A DNA stretch of 64,000 nucleotides from Bacilli bacterium (GTDB lineage: Bacteria; Bacillota_I; Bacilli_A; RF39; UBA660). The first letter of the stretch is position 1, and every line of letters begins with the position of its first letter. The notes below the pieces were generated by a model that was not told the DNA's origin, made no database searches, and saw nothing but the letters and a program-made list of their open reading frames with translations. This document shows, one piece after another, positions 9,312 to 18,218 of the stretch. Location of the stretch: the NCBI GenBank assembly GCA_017450205.1, contig JAFSVF010000024.1, positions 7,996 to 71,995 of the forward strand. The letters run 5' to 3'. Position numbers and translations under genes: made by a program.

Positions 9312-9983
9312 CTATAACATTTTATTAATTGTATTATTAAGTATTTTGTCTCTATTAGCATCATAAGTAATATGAACATCTTCTTTTCTTAAAGGATTAT
9401 AGTGTTCTACTAAAACAGAATAACCTTCTTTGCATAATGGACTAGTTATTTCTTCAAAAACTTCTTTAGGTAATTCAGTAATTAGAGGTGTCATTTCGCC
9501 ATTTATTTCAGTTGGGATTGTTGCATCAAACAAATAATATTTATCATTTATATCAAGTAAATTATAGGCGTGTACCTCTGATTTTCCATTTTTTATAATT
9601 TCACTAGCTTTATAATAACTTTTATATCCTAAGTTAATTAATAAATTTTGAGCAAGCATAGCTCTTTCAACACACATAGCACTATTTTGACCTTTTAAAT
9701 TAGATACTTTACCCATTTCTACATGATCATAAGCAATAGAATCTTGATCTGGATAATTATCCATCCTAGAATCAATGTTAGAATAATCTCCAAAATAATC
9801 ACAAACAGTATTAAAAACTTCAGTAGCTACTAATGGAAAATCATTACTATTAAGTTTTGATATTCTTTCTTTTAAAATTTTATAAGCATCGCTAACATCT
9901 CCCATTACACAAGGAACAATATCAGCTATACCTGTCTCAATTAATACTTCTTGATCAGTAAATTCTCTATCATATGAGGACAT
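9312..9983 (-). CDS. hypothetical protein, possible transglutaminase-like Cys-His-Asp fold
   Basis: Start moved to M17 (TAGGAGGAATT-ATG). SAMCVERA ... EVHAYNLL ... YLFDAT gives a Cys/His/Asp order like transglutaminase-like proteases. Confidence 0.4.
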   Translation of the reverse strand: MSSYDREFTDQEVLIETGIADIVPCVMGDVSDAYKILKERISKLNSNDFPLVATEVFNTVCDYFGDYSNIDSRMDNYPDQDSIAYDHVEMGKVSNLKGQNSAMCVERAMLAQNLLINLGYKSYYKASEIIKNGKSEVHAYNLLDINDKYYLFDATIPTEINGEMTPLITELPKEVFEEITSPLCKEGYSVLVEHYNPLRKEDVHITYDANRDKILNNTINKML

Positions 9984-10036
9984 AATTCCTCCTAAATAAG
10001 ACCTACCTACATGATTACAACCAATATACATATATA

Positions 10037-10429
10037 TTACTCTCCCTGATATTTTCTTTTTAATTTTTTTAATTCTTCAGTATACCATTCTTTATTTTCA
10101 GCTAATTCTTCTTCTTCTAATTTTTTATCTTCAGGATCAGTTGAATTTTTATATTTTTCTCTAATCATCAATTCTCTTTCATATATAATAATAGATAACT
10201 TTTGCTCTTCTTTTTCAAACAAATTTCCTTCATAAAAAGATATAGCAATATCCATTAAATTACCATTAGTTAATTCCTCTGGTTTATGTTTTTGCAGTTC
10301 TATCAAATAATCTTTATAACTAATTTTATGATCTTTTAAATAGACAATGACTGCTGTAATAGTTTTTTTATTAATCTTTAATTCAGTTAAAAACTCAGTA
10401 AGTTTTTTTCTATCATTTCCAAATTTCAT
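10037..10429 (-). CDS. hypothetical protein
   Basis: 130-aa ORF in the operon context. No motif recognised. Confidence 0.4.
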   Translation of the reverse strand: MKFGNDRKKLTEFLTELKINKKTITAVIVYLKDHKISYKDYLIELQKHKPEELTNGNLMDIAISFYEGNLFEKEEQKLSIIIYERELMIREKYKNSTDPEDKKLEEEELAENKEWYTEELKKLKRKYQGE

Positions 10430-10441
10430 ACTTCACCTCTT

Positions 10442-11326
10442 TTAATGATGATGATGGTGATGATGACTAGCACCTACTTCAACATGACATTCAATATCAT
10501 CACATGCTTCTTCTTCAGTTTCTAATATTGCATGACTTATATTAAATTCAAGTAATTCCTTACGTATTTGTTTTTTTACTTTAGTAATATCTTTAGCTTT
10601 AGATACAATGTGCATAGTAGCATAATTATTTATTCCATCCATACTCCAAACATGTATATGATGAATATCATCAATATCTTTTATTTCTAACAAATGCTCT
10701 TTTAATTCATCAATATCAATACTACTTGGAGTTTTTTCTAAAAATAAATCTAATACTTCTTTCATATTATTAAGTGAATGAACTAATATAAATAAAGCTA
10801 CACCAATAGACATTAGTGAGTCTAAAACTCTGATATTGGTAAAATTCATAATAATAGCTCCTACTAAAACTATTACCCAACCTAAGACATCTTCTAACAT
10901 GTGTAGATTAACAGCTTTTTGATTAATTGATTCACCATCTCTAGTAACATAAGCAGCAATAAAATTTAAAATAACACCTATTACAGCAAAGACAATCATA
11001 CCTTGATAGTTAATATCTACAGGATTTAATAGTCTTTTAAAAGCTCCATAAATAACTAGTATAGATCCTACTAAAAGAATCGTTGTAGTAATTACTCCAC
11101 CTAATACTGAATATCTAGTATAACCATAAGTATATTTTTTATCAGCATGTTTTTTACTTTTCTTCTCTAAAAAATAAGATATACCAATCGATAAGGCATC
11201 TCCAAAATCATGGATTGAATCAGATATAATAGCTACTGAATTAGTAAATATACCTCCAAAAAATTCAATCACTGAAAATGAAAGATTTAGTATAAATGCA
11301 ATTAATATATTTTTCTCAGTCTTCAT
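10442..11326 (-). CDS. cation diffusion facilitator (CDF) metal efflux transporter with His7 tail
   Basis: Start moved to M11 (AAGGAG SD). Six TM helices, SDSIHDFGD, HMLEDVLG and a ZT-dimer-like C-terminus ending in HHHHHHH. Confidence 0.85.
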   Translation of the reverse strand: MKTEKNILIAFILNLSFSVIEFFGGIFTNSVAIISDSIHDFGDALSIGISYFLEKKSKKHADKKYTYGYTRYSVLGGVITTTILLVGSILVIYGAFKRLLNPVDINYQGMIVFAVIGVILNFIAAYVTRDGESINQKAVNLHMLEDVLGWVIVLVGAIIMNFTNIRVLDSLMSIGVALFILVHSLNNMKEVLDLFLEKTPSSIDIDELKEHLLEIKDIDDIHHIHVWSMDGINNYATMHIVSKAKDITKVKKQIRKELLEFNISHAILETEEEACDDIECHVEVGASHHHHHHH

Positions 11327-11336
11327 AAGAATCTCC

Positions 11337-11537
11337 TTAATTATCATTTTTTTCAATAATTATTTCATTAAAATCAGAGTCATTATTTAAAATAGTTAAA
11401 TCATCAATATGAATATGATTATTTTTATTATTACTTTCTATTAAAGTAGAAATTAATCTATTTAATTCTTGTAAATCAGTACTATCACCAGTAATTACTA
11501 AACTATTAGAATTTTTCTTTACTAATAATCCATTCAT
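11337..11537 (-). CDS. small hypothetical protein
   Basis: 66-aa ORF ending 10 nt before the CDF start. No motif recognised. Confidence 0.3.
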   Translation of the reverse strand: MNGLLVKKNSNSLVITGDSTDLQELNRLISTLIESNNKNNHIHIDDLTILNNDSDFNEIIIEKNDN

Positions 11538-11643
11538 CCAATCACTCCAATACTAATAATTATCTTCTATATAAGTATATCATATTATTTTAATAATTTA
11601 CTAAAGGTTTACAAAAAAAGATATCAAAAGATATCTTTTATTT

Positions 11644-12084
11644 TTAATTTACTTCGCAAGGATATTCATACTCTACAGTATAATCATTAATATTATACGA
11701 ATGATCACTGAACCATTTTTCAGCATGTGCTTTAGCAGCAGCTTGATTATTACAATCAGATATTGCAATTATAATAGTTAATGATTTATCACTATTAACA
11801 TATGGGTAAAAAGCAAAGTCGTCTTCTTCAACATTTAATAAATCATTATATATTTCATAACTATCTAATATTTTGTCTTCTTCAGTTTCAGTGTTATTCA
11901 AGTTGTCACATACCTCATGCATTTCTTCTTCAGTATCAAAACTATAAGTAATATTATTTTCAGAATCATAGCATGAATATTCATTCTTCTTAGAATTATT
12001 AAAAACAAAGAATACTATTATAACAAGTACAAATGTAGTTATAAATATTAATAATGGAATTATGGTCTCTTTATTTTTCATCAT
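11644..12084 (-). CDS. membrane-anchored hypothetical protein, translationally coupled to 12081-13055
   Basis: Start moved to M9. AAGGTGG SD, and the ATG overlaps the upstream TGA (ATGA). Confidence 0.5.
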   Translation of the reverse strand: MMKNKETIIPLLIFITTFVLVIIVFFVFNNSKKNEYSCYDSENNITYSFDTEEEMHEVCDNLNNTETEEDKILDSYEIYNDLLNVEEDDFAFYPYVNSDKSLTIIIAISDCNNQAAAKAHAEKWFSDHSYNINDYTVEYEYPCEVN

Positions 12085-13055
12085 TTTACCCACCTTATAA
12101 GTTGACATAATTTCATACTAGCATTAGAACGAGCAGAATAATTAATCATTGTAGAACACCTTGTCTTTTTACAAGTTGTTGTAAATCTATGGCCTCCATC
12201 AAATACTACAGCACTACCTGTTTTTTGATCAACGCTATAGATTGAAAAAGTATGAGCTTTTACTCCGATAATATCACCAGGCAGAATCATTCCCTTTTGA
12301 ATTGCTGTTTTAACGCTCATAGTACAATTAAACTTATATTGTTTTGTATAATTAGTAATTGGCCCACTATATCCTTGAAAGCCACCATAACCTACTGAAT
12401 TTAAAGTTTTATGCTTTCCAATCGCATCAGTAACACACCAATTTGTAGGTACAACACAAGTTGTAGCAACCAATTTTCTATTTTGAGCAGCTTTTATAGC
12501 TTCAGCCCATGTCTTTTTAGAATCACCATAATTGTATTCTACTGGAGGTTGATATTTAGCAATAGCATCACTCAGTCTTCTAGAATTATTATAACAACTA
12601 GTTAAAAACTTATTACAATACTCTAAATTACCACATGAAGTAACTTGCATATCGTCAGCAGAACCACTGCCACCTCCACTACCAACCTCATACCCTGATG
12701 GATCAGAAATAATTGACTGTTGCTCATCAGTATATGGATTAATATATGAAGCATTTGTATCTGGTTTAGTAATATCGCCTTTCCAACAAGCACTAATTTC
12801 AGATTTATCATCAACAAGTGCCATTGCGGCATTAATAATAGTTGGAATCATAAATAAGACTACTAAAGCCACTACACTATTCCATATTTTCTTAGGAGTT
12901 TTTTTATTTTCTGGTTCTCTTAACATTTGAATAATATTAATAGTTAAACTAATAATTGCAAGAATTGGACCAACTATCCAAACTAAAGTTAAAAAATTCT
13001 TAAAGAAATATAAAAAACTTCCAAGTACTACATTATTACACTCCATAAGTATCAT
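12081..13055 (-). CDS. 2-TM protein with C-terminal papain-fold (CHAP/NlpC-like) candidate domain; paralogue of 32542-33789
   Basis: The N-terminal [15 protein letters not shown]...VALVVLFMIP aligns with the 415-aa paralogue. C-terminal TTCVVPTNWC ... PGDIIGVKAHTFSIYSVD gives a Cys...His pattern. Confidence 0.5.
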   Translation of the reverse strand: MILMECNNVVLGSFLYFFKNFLTLVWIVGPILAIISLTINIIQMLREPENKKTPKKIWNSVVALVVLFMIPTIINAAMALVDDKSEISACWKGDITKPDTNASYINPYTDEQQSIISDPSGYEVGSGGGSGSADDMQVTSCGNLEYCNKFLTSCYNNSRRLSDAIAKYQPPVEYNYGDSKKTWAEAIKAAQNRKLVATTCVVPTNWCVTDAIGKHKTLNSVGYGGFQGYSGPITNYTKQYKFNCTMSVKTAIQKGMILPGDIIGVKAHTFSIYSVDQKTGSAVVFDGGHRFTTTCKKTRCSTMINYSARSNASMKLCQLIRWVK

Positions 13056-13114
13056 AAAATCACACTTTCATTATCAAAATTTTATCATAATAATAATCAG
13101 ATAACAATAAACAA

Positions 13115-14572
13115 TTATCCATCTATATACTCACTTTCACAGGTTATATTAATTTTTAAGTCTTTTAAAGCCCTCATATCTGTCCCGGTAACTAAATATG
13201 TAGCATGTGCTTCACAGCCATTTAAATTAGGCAATTTTGACATTGCTTTAGCCGCGATAGGATTAGTAACTGAACATACACTAAGAGCAATAAGAACTTC
13301 TCTTAGACTTAATCTATCACCGGTACCCATAGTATGTTTTAATTGTAATATTGGTTCTAATATTGTTGGACTAAGTAGATAAATATCATCAGGTATTTTA
13401 CTTAAAAACTTAATAGCATTTAAAACAACAGCTCCAGCAGGAGTAAGTAAATCTGTTTGCTTACCAGTAATTATTTTTTTATTTACTTTAATTGCAATTA
13501 CTGGAAGTCCATTTTCTTTTTTCTTTTTATCTAAAGCTGGTTTTATTACATCTAAATACATCTCATCAATATTTAATTCATTCATTAATAATTTTATTTT
13601 CTTATAAGTACTTTGATCACATAATCCCATCTTATAGTTATTTAATTCATTATAGTATCTTCTAACTATTTCTTTTTTACAAGCTTCTTCAACTATACTT
13701 TCATCTGTAATACAAAAACCAACCATATTAACTCCCATATCTGTAGGAGAACAATAAATATCTTTATTAGATACTTTTCTTAAAATACTTTGTAAAATAG
13801 GAAATGTTTCTATATCACGATTATAATTAACTGCAGTAATACCATATTTTTCTAGATGAAAAGGATCAATCATATTAACATCATTTAAATCAGCAGTAGC
13901 AGCTTCATAAGCTAAATTAATTGGATGTTTAAGCGGTAAATTCCAAACTGGGAAAGTTTCAAATTTTGCATAACCAGCATTAACTCCTCTTTTATTTTCA
14001 TGATAAATTTGAGAAAGACAAGTAGCTAATTTACCAGATCCAGGTCCAGGAGCATTAACAAGTATTAAAGGTTTAGTTGTTTCAATATACGAATTAGCCC
14101 CATAACCTTCTTCACTAACAATCATATCTACATCAGTAGGATATCCTTTAGTTGCAGTATGAACATACGTCTTAATTCCATTTCTATTAAGTTTATTAAT
14201 AAATTTATCAACACTAACTTGATTTTTATATAAAGTAATGACAACACTATTTACAGAAAATCCCATTTTCTTAGATTTATTAATTAAAGATAGTGTTTCT
14301 TGATCATAAGTAATACCATATTCTCCTCTGGTTTTATTCTTTTCAATATCACCAGCATTAATACAAAAGATAATTTCTAAGTCATCTTTTAATTCTTGAA
14401 ACATACTTATTTTTACATCACTCTTAAAACCAGGTAGTATTCTACTTGCATGAGAATCATCAAATAATTTACCACCTACTTCAAGATATAATTTATCAAA
14501 TAATTTAAATCTTTCTTTAATCTTTTTACTTTGTATTTTTACATATTTAGCATTATCAAAACCTTTTTTCAT
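13115..14572 (-). CDS. DUF1846 (UPF0371) family protein
   Basis: 485 aa. N-terminal FDNAKYVKIQSKKIKERF and the overall length match the UPF0371 family as I remember it. Confidence 0.75.
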   Translation of the reverse strand: MKKGFDNAKYVKIQSKKIKERFKLFDKLYLEVGGKLFDDSHASRILPGFKSDVKISMFQELKDDLEIIFCINAGDIEKNKTRGEYGITYDQETLSLINKSKKMGFSVNSVVITLYKNQVSVDKFINKLNRNGIKTYVHTATKGYPTDVDMIVSEEGYGANSYIETTKPLILVNAPGPGSGKLATCLSQIYHENKRGVNAGYAKFETFPVWNLPLKHPINLAYEAATADLNDVNMIDPFHLEKYGITAVNYNRDIETFPILQSILRKVSNKDIYCSPTDMGVNMVGFCITDESIVEEACKKEIVRRYYNELNNYKMGLCDQSTYKKIKLLMNELNIDEMYLDVIKPALDKKKKENGLPVIAIKVNKKIITGKQTDLLTPAGAVVLNAIKFLSKIPDDIYLLSPTILEPILQLKHTMGTGDRLSLREVLIALSVCSVTNPIAAKAMSKLPNLNGCEAHATYLVTGTDMRALKDLKINITCESEYIDG

Positions 14573-14606
14573 ATTATACTCCTTACTATATTAATTATAA
14601 CACAAA

Positions 14607-14626
14607 AAACGGTCAATTGACCGTTT
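14607..14626 (-). terminator. rho-independent terminator
   Basis: Palindrome AAACGGTC-AATT-GACCGTTT with a T-run on the minus strand. TGTTATAAT -10 at 14594-14602 follows for the DUF1846 gene. Confidence 0.7.
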
Positions 14627-14648
14627 ATTATTATATTCAGAAACTTCA

Positions 14649-14840
14649 CTATTTATCTTCATCATCTTCATTTGAAAGTGCTGTCCCTATACATAAACCC
14701 ATACATAAACCAACTGATAACCACATAGGTAAATTATTTGTTGCAGCACCTAATCCAGCTCCAATTGACATACCTAGGCACATACCAATTGCAATTGCAC
14801 TATTATCTTTTTCTTCTTTCTTTTTTTTGTTCTTTTTCAT
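14649..14840 (-). CDS. small glycine-zipper membrane protein
   Basis: Start moved to M6 (AGAGG SD). GMCLGMSIGAGLGAA and GLCMGLCIG repeats. Confidence 0.45.
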   Translation of the reverse strand: MKKNKKKKEEKDNSAIAIGMCLGMSIGAGLGAATNNLPMWLSVGLCMGLCIGTALSNEDDEDK

Positions 14841-14847
14841 AAAACCT

Positions 14848-15987
14848 CTATTCACTCTTAGTAAATTTTTCTTCTAATAATCGTACTGGGTAAGATTTAT
14901 CAGTCATTAAAGTAGATATAGATAAATCATTATGTATATTATAAATAATTTCAGCTAAATATTCTGATACATCACAAATATGTAACCATTTTTCATCTTT
15001 ATATTCTTCAGGTATATATGAAAGATTAGTAGTATATACTCCCGATAGTTTCTTTTCTTCATATAATTCTTTAAATTTATCAATTCCTCTAGTAAATAAA
15101 GCATATGTTACACAGACATAAGTATGGGAAACTCCATATTTATTTAATTCTTCAATACAATCAAACATACTTCCACCAGAAGATATCATATCATCACTTA
15201 TTATAGCAGTATATCCTTCTAGATTTTTATTTCCAGTATAATCATGACTAATAACTGGATATTTACCATCAACTAAATTATTATAATCTCTCTGTTTTAC
15301 AAAGCCACCAGCTTCTCTATGAATAAATTTAGAATTAAATGAATTTAAATAAACATTTCTTCTTCCTGTAGCGCCATTATCTGGAGCAACAAAAACTATT
15401 TTCTTTAATCTGTTTTTTGATAGATCATTTATTAAATTCTCTAAAATAGAATTAGTTGGATAAAAATTATTAAATTCCATATTACGTATAGCATGTTCTA
15501 CACCTTGATCATGAGCATCAAAAGTAATAAAACCTCTTACTCGACTCAAATTATCTATTTCCCATAAACTAGCTCCACATAATAAATTCTCTCTTGTATT
15601 CCTTCTATGTTGTCTACCAGCATATAGTAATGGCATAACAACATTTATATTATCAGCATGAGCATTACATGCACCAATACCATCTTTTAATTGAGTAAAT
15701 AAATCATTTGGAGAAGCATGATTAATAAATCCATGCATTTTATATTCTAGTGAATAATTACCTATATCAGTTAATAAATACAAATCCATACTTCTTACTG
15801 TTTCATTAATTTCAATCTTCTGATGTCCATCTTCGAAGAATAACTCCTTAAAATCAATTTGAAATGTATATTTTTCCGGATCTAAATTATACATTTTTAG
15901 CAGATGTTTATCTACCTTATCCCCTAATTCTTTAGCACTTGAGAAAACCATTAATCGTAAATTGTCCTTATTAATCTTTTTTTTCAT
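14848..15987 (-). CDS. ribose-phosphate pyrophosphokinase-like protein (long form)
   Basis: Start moved to M5 (GGAGGG SD). DAHDQG, VAPDNGATGR and a SDDMISSGGS PRPP-binding loop. Confidence 0.7.
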   Translation of the reverse strand: MKKKINKDNLRLMVFSSAKELGDKVDKHLLKMYNLDPEKYTFQIDFKELFFEDGHQKIEINETVRSMDLYLLTDIGNYSLEYKMHGFINHASPNDLFTQLKDGIGACNAHADNINVVMPLLYAGRQHRRNTRENLLCGASLWEIDNLSRVRGFITFDAHDQGVEHAIRNMEFNNFYPTNSILENLINDLSKNRLKKIVFVAPDNGATGRRNVYLNSFNSKFIHREAGGFVKQRDYNNLVDGKYPVISHDYTGNKNLEGYTAIISDDMISSGGSMFDCIEELNKYGVSHTYVCVTYALFTRGIDKFKELYEEKKLSGVYTTNLSYIPEEYKDEKWLHICDVSEYLAEIIYNIHNDLSISTLMTDKSYPVRLLEEKFTKSE

Positions 15988-16063
15988 TATACCCTCCACA
16001 TAAATAAGTATAACATAATATTAAAAAATGAAAAGACTAAAAACTTAGTCTTTAACATCTTAA

Positions 16064-17551
16064 TTACTTAGAAATATGATTTTCATTTTCTATAATATTC
16101 TCATTTTCAGCAATAATTTCACTATACTTTTTAGCAATGAATTTACTCATCGCTTTAAAAGATATTGCTTCTTTCCAATCAAATCTATAATGATCTGGTT
16201 TTTTTAAACTATCTTTATTGTCATACATAACCCAATAACCACTGTTATCTGGGAACCAACGACCGTGTGTAAAAGAATTACGTATCCTATCAGAATTATA
16301 TGTTTTATTACCGATAGTCACTTGTTCATTTTCATCTATAAAGTTTTCAAATACATAATTATAGTAATTTACTAATGCTTCTTGTTTTAAGTAGTTTGTA
16401 TCATATACAGTTTGTATGAACATATTTCGTTCTTCTTCATCTAACTCTACAAACATATTCATTATTTTATAAACTTCGTCGCCTTTATATAAACTATCTA
16501 AGATACTCTTTTGTTTTTTACTGAAAACTTGATTCTTGTTAGTTGACCCATTAATTAGAAGAGATACTAAATGAAGATTATTCTTTTCTCTTCCAAGCGG
16601 AATGGTTTTTAACGCTTCATATTCAAAAAATTCTTCCATTATTACTCCAGTTATAGATTTAACATTTGCCATGTCGGTATTCTTGTCGGTTATATACTTT
16701 AGTCTATTTAATGACAAGACTGCATTTGCCTTTTCTTTCAATGCGTTATATATAACTTTTTTTTGTAAAACATCTAGATTAATTCTTTCTGTTTTTCTAA
16801 TAAATTTTGCTTTCTCAGCATGATAATCATCAAAATTCTTATCAACGTTTCCTTTTATATGAGCTTTTATTACTTTATCTCTATCTTGAGTTTTCATTTG
16901 ATTAAATAAATCATATTTATAATATGTTGTATAAATTGTCTTCTTTAGTAAATCTAAAACACTTCCAGTTTTGTAATTTTTAACTGGTTCAGAATCAAAA
17001 TCAACACCTGAAATATTAACAAGTTTAGAACGATGTGTACAAAAAGCAGATACCATTAATAGGTTTGCTACACCCAATTCAACTTCAAAAGGAACATTTG
17101 TCCCTTGATTTGGGCCTTTAGAAGCAATAGTATTATTTAATTTTATTTTAAGTTTTGAATTATCTCCATCAATATGCATTTTATATAAATCGTTTTTACT
17201 ATGCGCAAGAGCATTTCTAATATATGTAACAATATCTCTTTCAGTAAAGTTTTCAAAACATTTTTTATTTATGTCTGAACTAGTATCAAGAAAATGTGAT
17301 GCTTCATCCAATGATACTCCTTCTAAGCCTTTCTCGAATGTATCTTTAAAATAAAACAATAACATTGAAGTACTATAAAAGGATTTTACTATCATCATTA
17401 CATCATAATCATCTATAGTTAATGATGTATCATTATTCATTAAATATCTAGAAAAAGCTTCGTAAAGAGAAATATCTTTATCTATACTCATTTCTAATAC
17501 TGATGCATATACTCTAAGACATTCTACTATTTTATACTTATCTAATTCCAT
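16064..17551 (-). CDS. two-HEPN-motif protein (candidate RNase)
   Basis: Start moved to M4 (AAAGGA SD). YIRNALAHS is encoded at 17201-17218 and RIRNSFTHGRW at 16265-16282. That gives two R-N-x3-H motifs about 310 aa apart. Confidence 0.55.
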   Translation of the reverse strand: MELDKYKIVECLRVYASVLEMSIDKDISLYEAFSRYLMNNDTSLTIDDYDVMMIVKSFYSTSMLLFYFKDTFEKGLEGVSLDEASHFLDTSSDINKKCFENFTERDIVTYIRNALAHSKNDLYKMHIDGDNSKLKIKLNNTIASKGPNQGTNVPFEVELGVANLLMVSAFCTHRSKLVNISGVDFDSEPVKNYKTGSVLDLLKKTIYTTYYKYDLFNQMKTQDRDKVIKAHIKGNVDKNFDDYHAEKAKFIRKTERINLDVLQKKVIYNALKEKANAVLSLNRLKYITDKNTDMANVKSITGVIMEEFFEYEALKTIPLGREKNNLHLVSLLINGSTNKNQVFSKKQKSILDSLYKGDEVYKIMNMFVELDEEERNMFIQTVYDTNYLKQEALVNYYNYVFENFIDENEQVTIGNKTYNSDRIRNSFTHGRWFPDNSGYWVMYDNKDSLKKPDHYRFDWKEAISFKAMSKFIAKKYSEIIAENENIIENENHISK

Positions 17552-17596
17552 TCCGATCATCCTTTAGGTTATTATTTTTACTAATTCATTATAACA

Positions 17597-17631
17597 TAAA
17601 AAGAGTAATCTTAAAATAAACTACTCTTTTA
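17597..17631 (-). terminator. rho-independent terminator after the 2H gene
   Basis: Minus strand AAAAGAGTAG-loop-ACTCTTTTT, followed by TGTTATAAT (17588-17596) for the HEPN gene. Confidence 0.6.
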
Positions 17632-17639
17632 TTGATTTC

Positions 17640-18086
17640 TTATCTCAACACCTTTTGTTTTTCATATGATGGTTCATTTAGACCATCTATAAAGAAGCCA
17701 AACTTTCCACTTATTTCAAATGGCTCAACTAATTTATTGAAATCTAAATAGCAAGTGTTGACAGCTTTACCTTTCTCAGATAAAGACATTGTAATATGTG
17801 GTACTTTTAAAATGCCGTTTTTATCATAATTTCTAAAATATTCTCTAAATTCCTGAGGAATTATAATTCTATATCCTGTATTATCTTCATCTTGTCCATG
17901 TCCATCCACTAGTACTGTTCCAGTTTCACCTACTATTTCATTAAATCTAATTATATCTTCATGTGAAGGTTTATATCCGAATGTACAGTGAAAAGATCTT
18001 GGGCTTCTTATAAGTCGTATTGGTTCTAATCTAATTAGTTTTTGTTCTTCTTCGCCTGTAAAAAACAGTCCCGTAAAACGTATCAT
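17640..18086 (-). CDS. small 2H-phosphoesterase superfamily candidate
   Basis: Start moved to M8 (AAGGGGTGAAGG SD). FHCTFG has His at 17988-17990 and PHITMS has His at 17796-17798, giving two H-x-T-hydrophobic motifs 64 aa apart. Confidence 0.5.
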   Translation of the reverse strand: MIRFTGLFFTGEEEQKLIRLEPIRLIRSPRSFHCTFGYKPSHEDIIRFNEIVGETGTVLVDGHGQDEDNTGYRIIIPQEFREYFRNYDKNGILKVPHITMSLSEKGKAVNTCYLDFNKLVEPFEISGKFGFFIDGLNEPSYEKQKVLR

Positions 18087-18109
18087 ACCTTCACCCCTTA
18101 ACGCCACAC

Positions 18110-18138
18110 ATTATACCATATTTTGGGTGATTTGTCAA
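18110..18138 (-). promoter_or_regulatory. near-consensus sigma-A promoter for the 2H gene
   Basis: Minus strand TTGACA, a 17-nt spacer ending in TGG, then TATAAT. Confidence 0.7.
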
Positions 18139-18218
18139 TTTGAATGACACTTAGCTTCTTAATTATATTATTTCTTATCACTTTTTATTTCTGCTTTATT
18201 CTAATACTTATTTATGAC

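Noticed and set aside
14617-14877. Plus-strand ORF 14617-14877
   Set aside because: It is antisense to the glycine-zipper ORF and the prs-like 3' end. The minus-strand frame has the SD and operon context.
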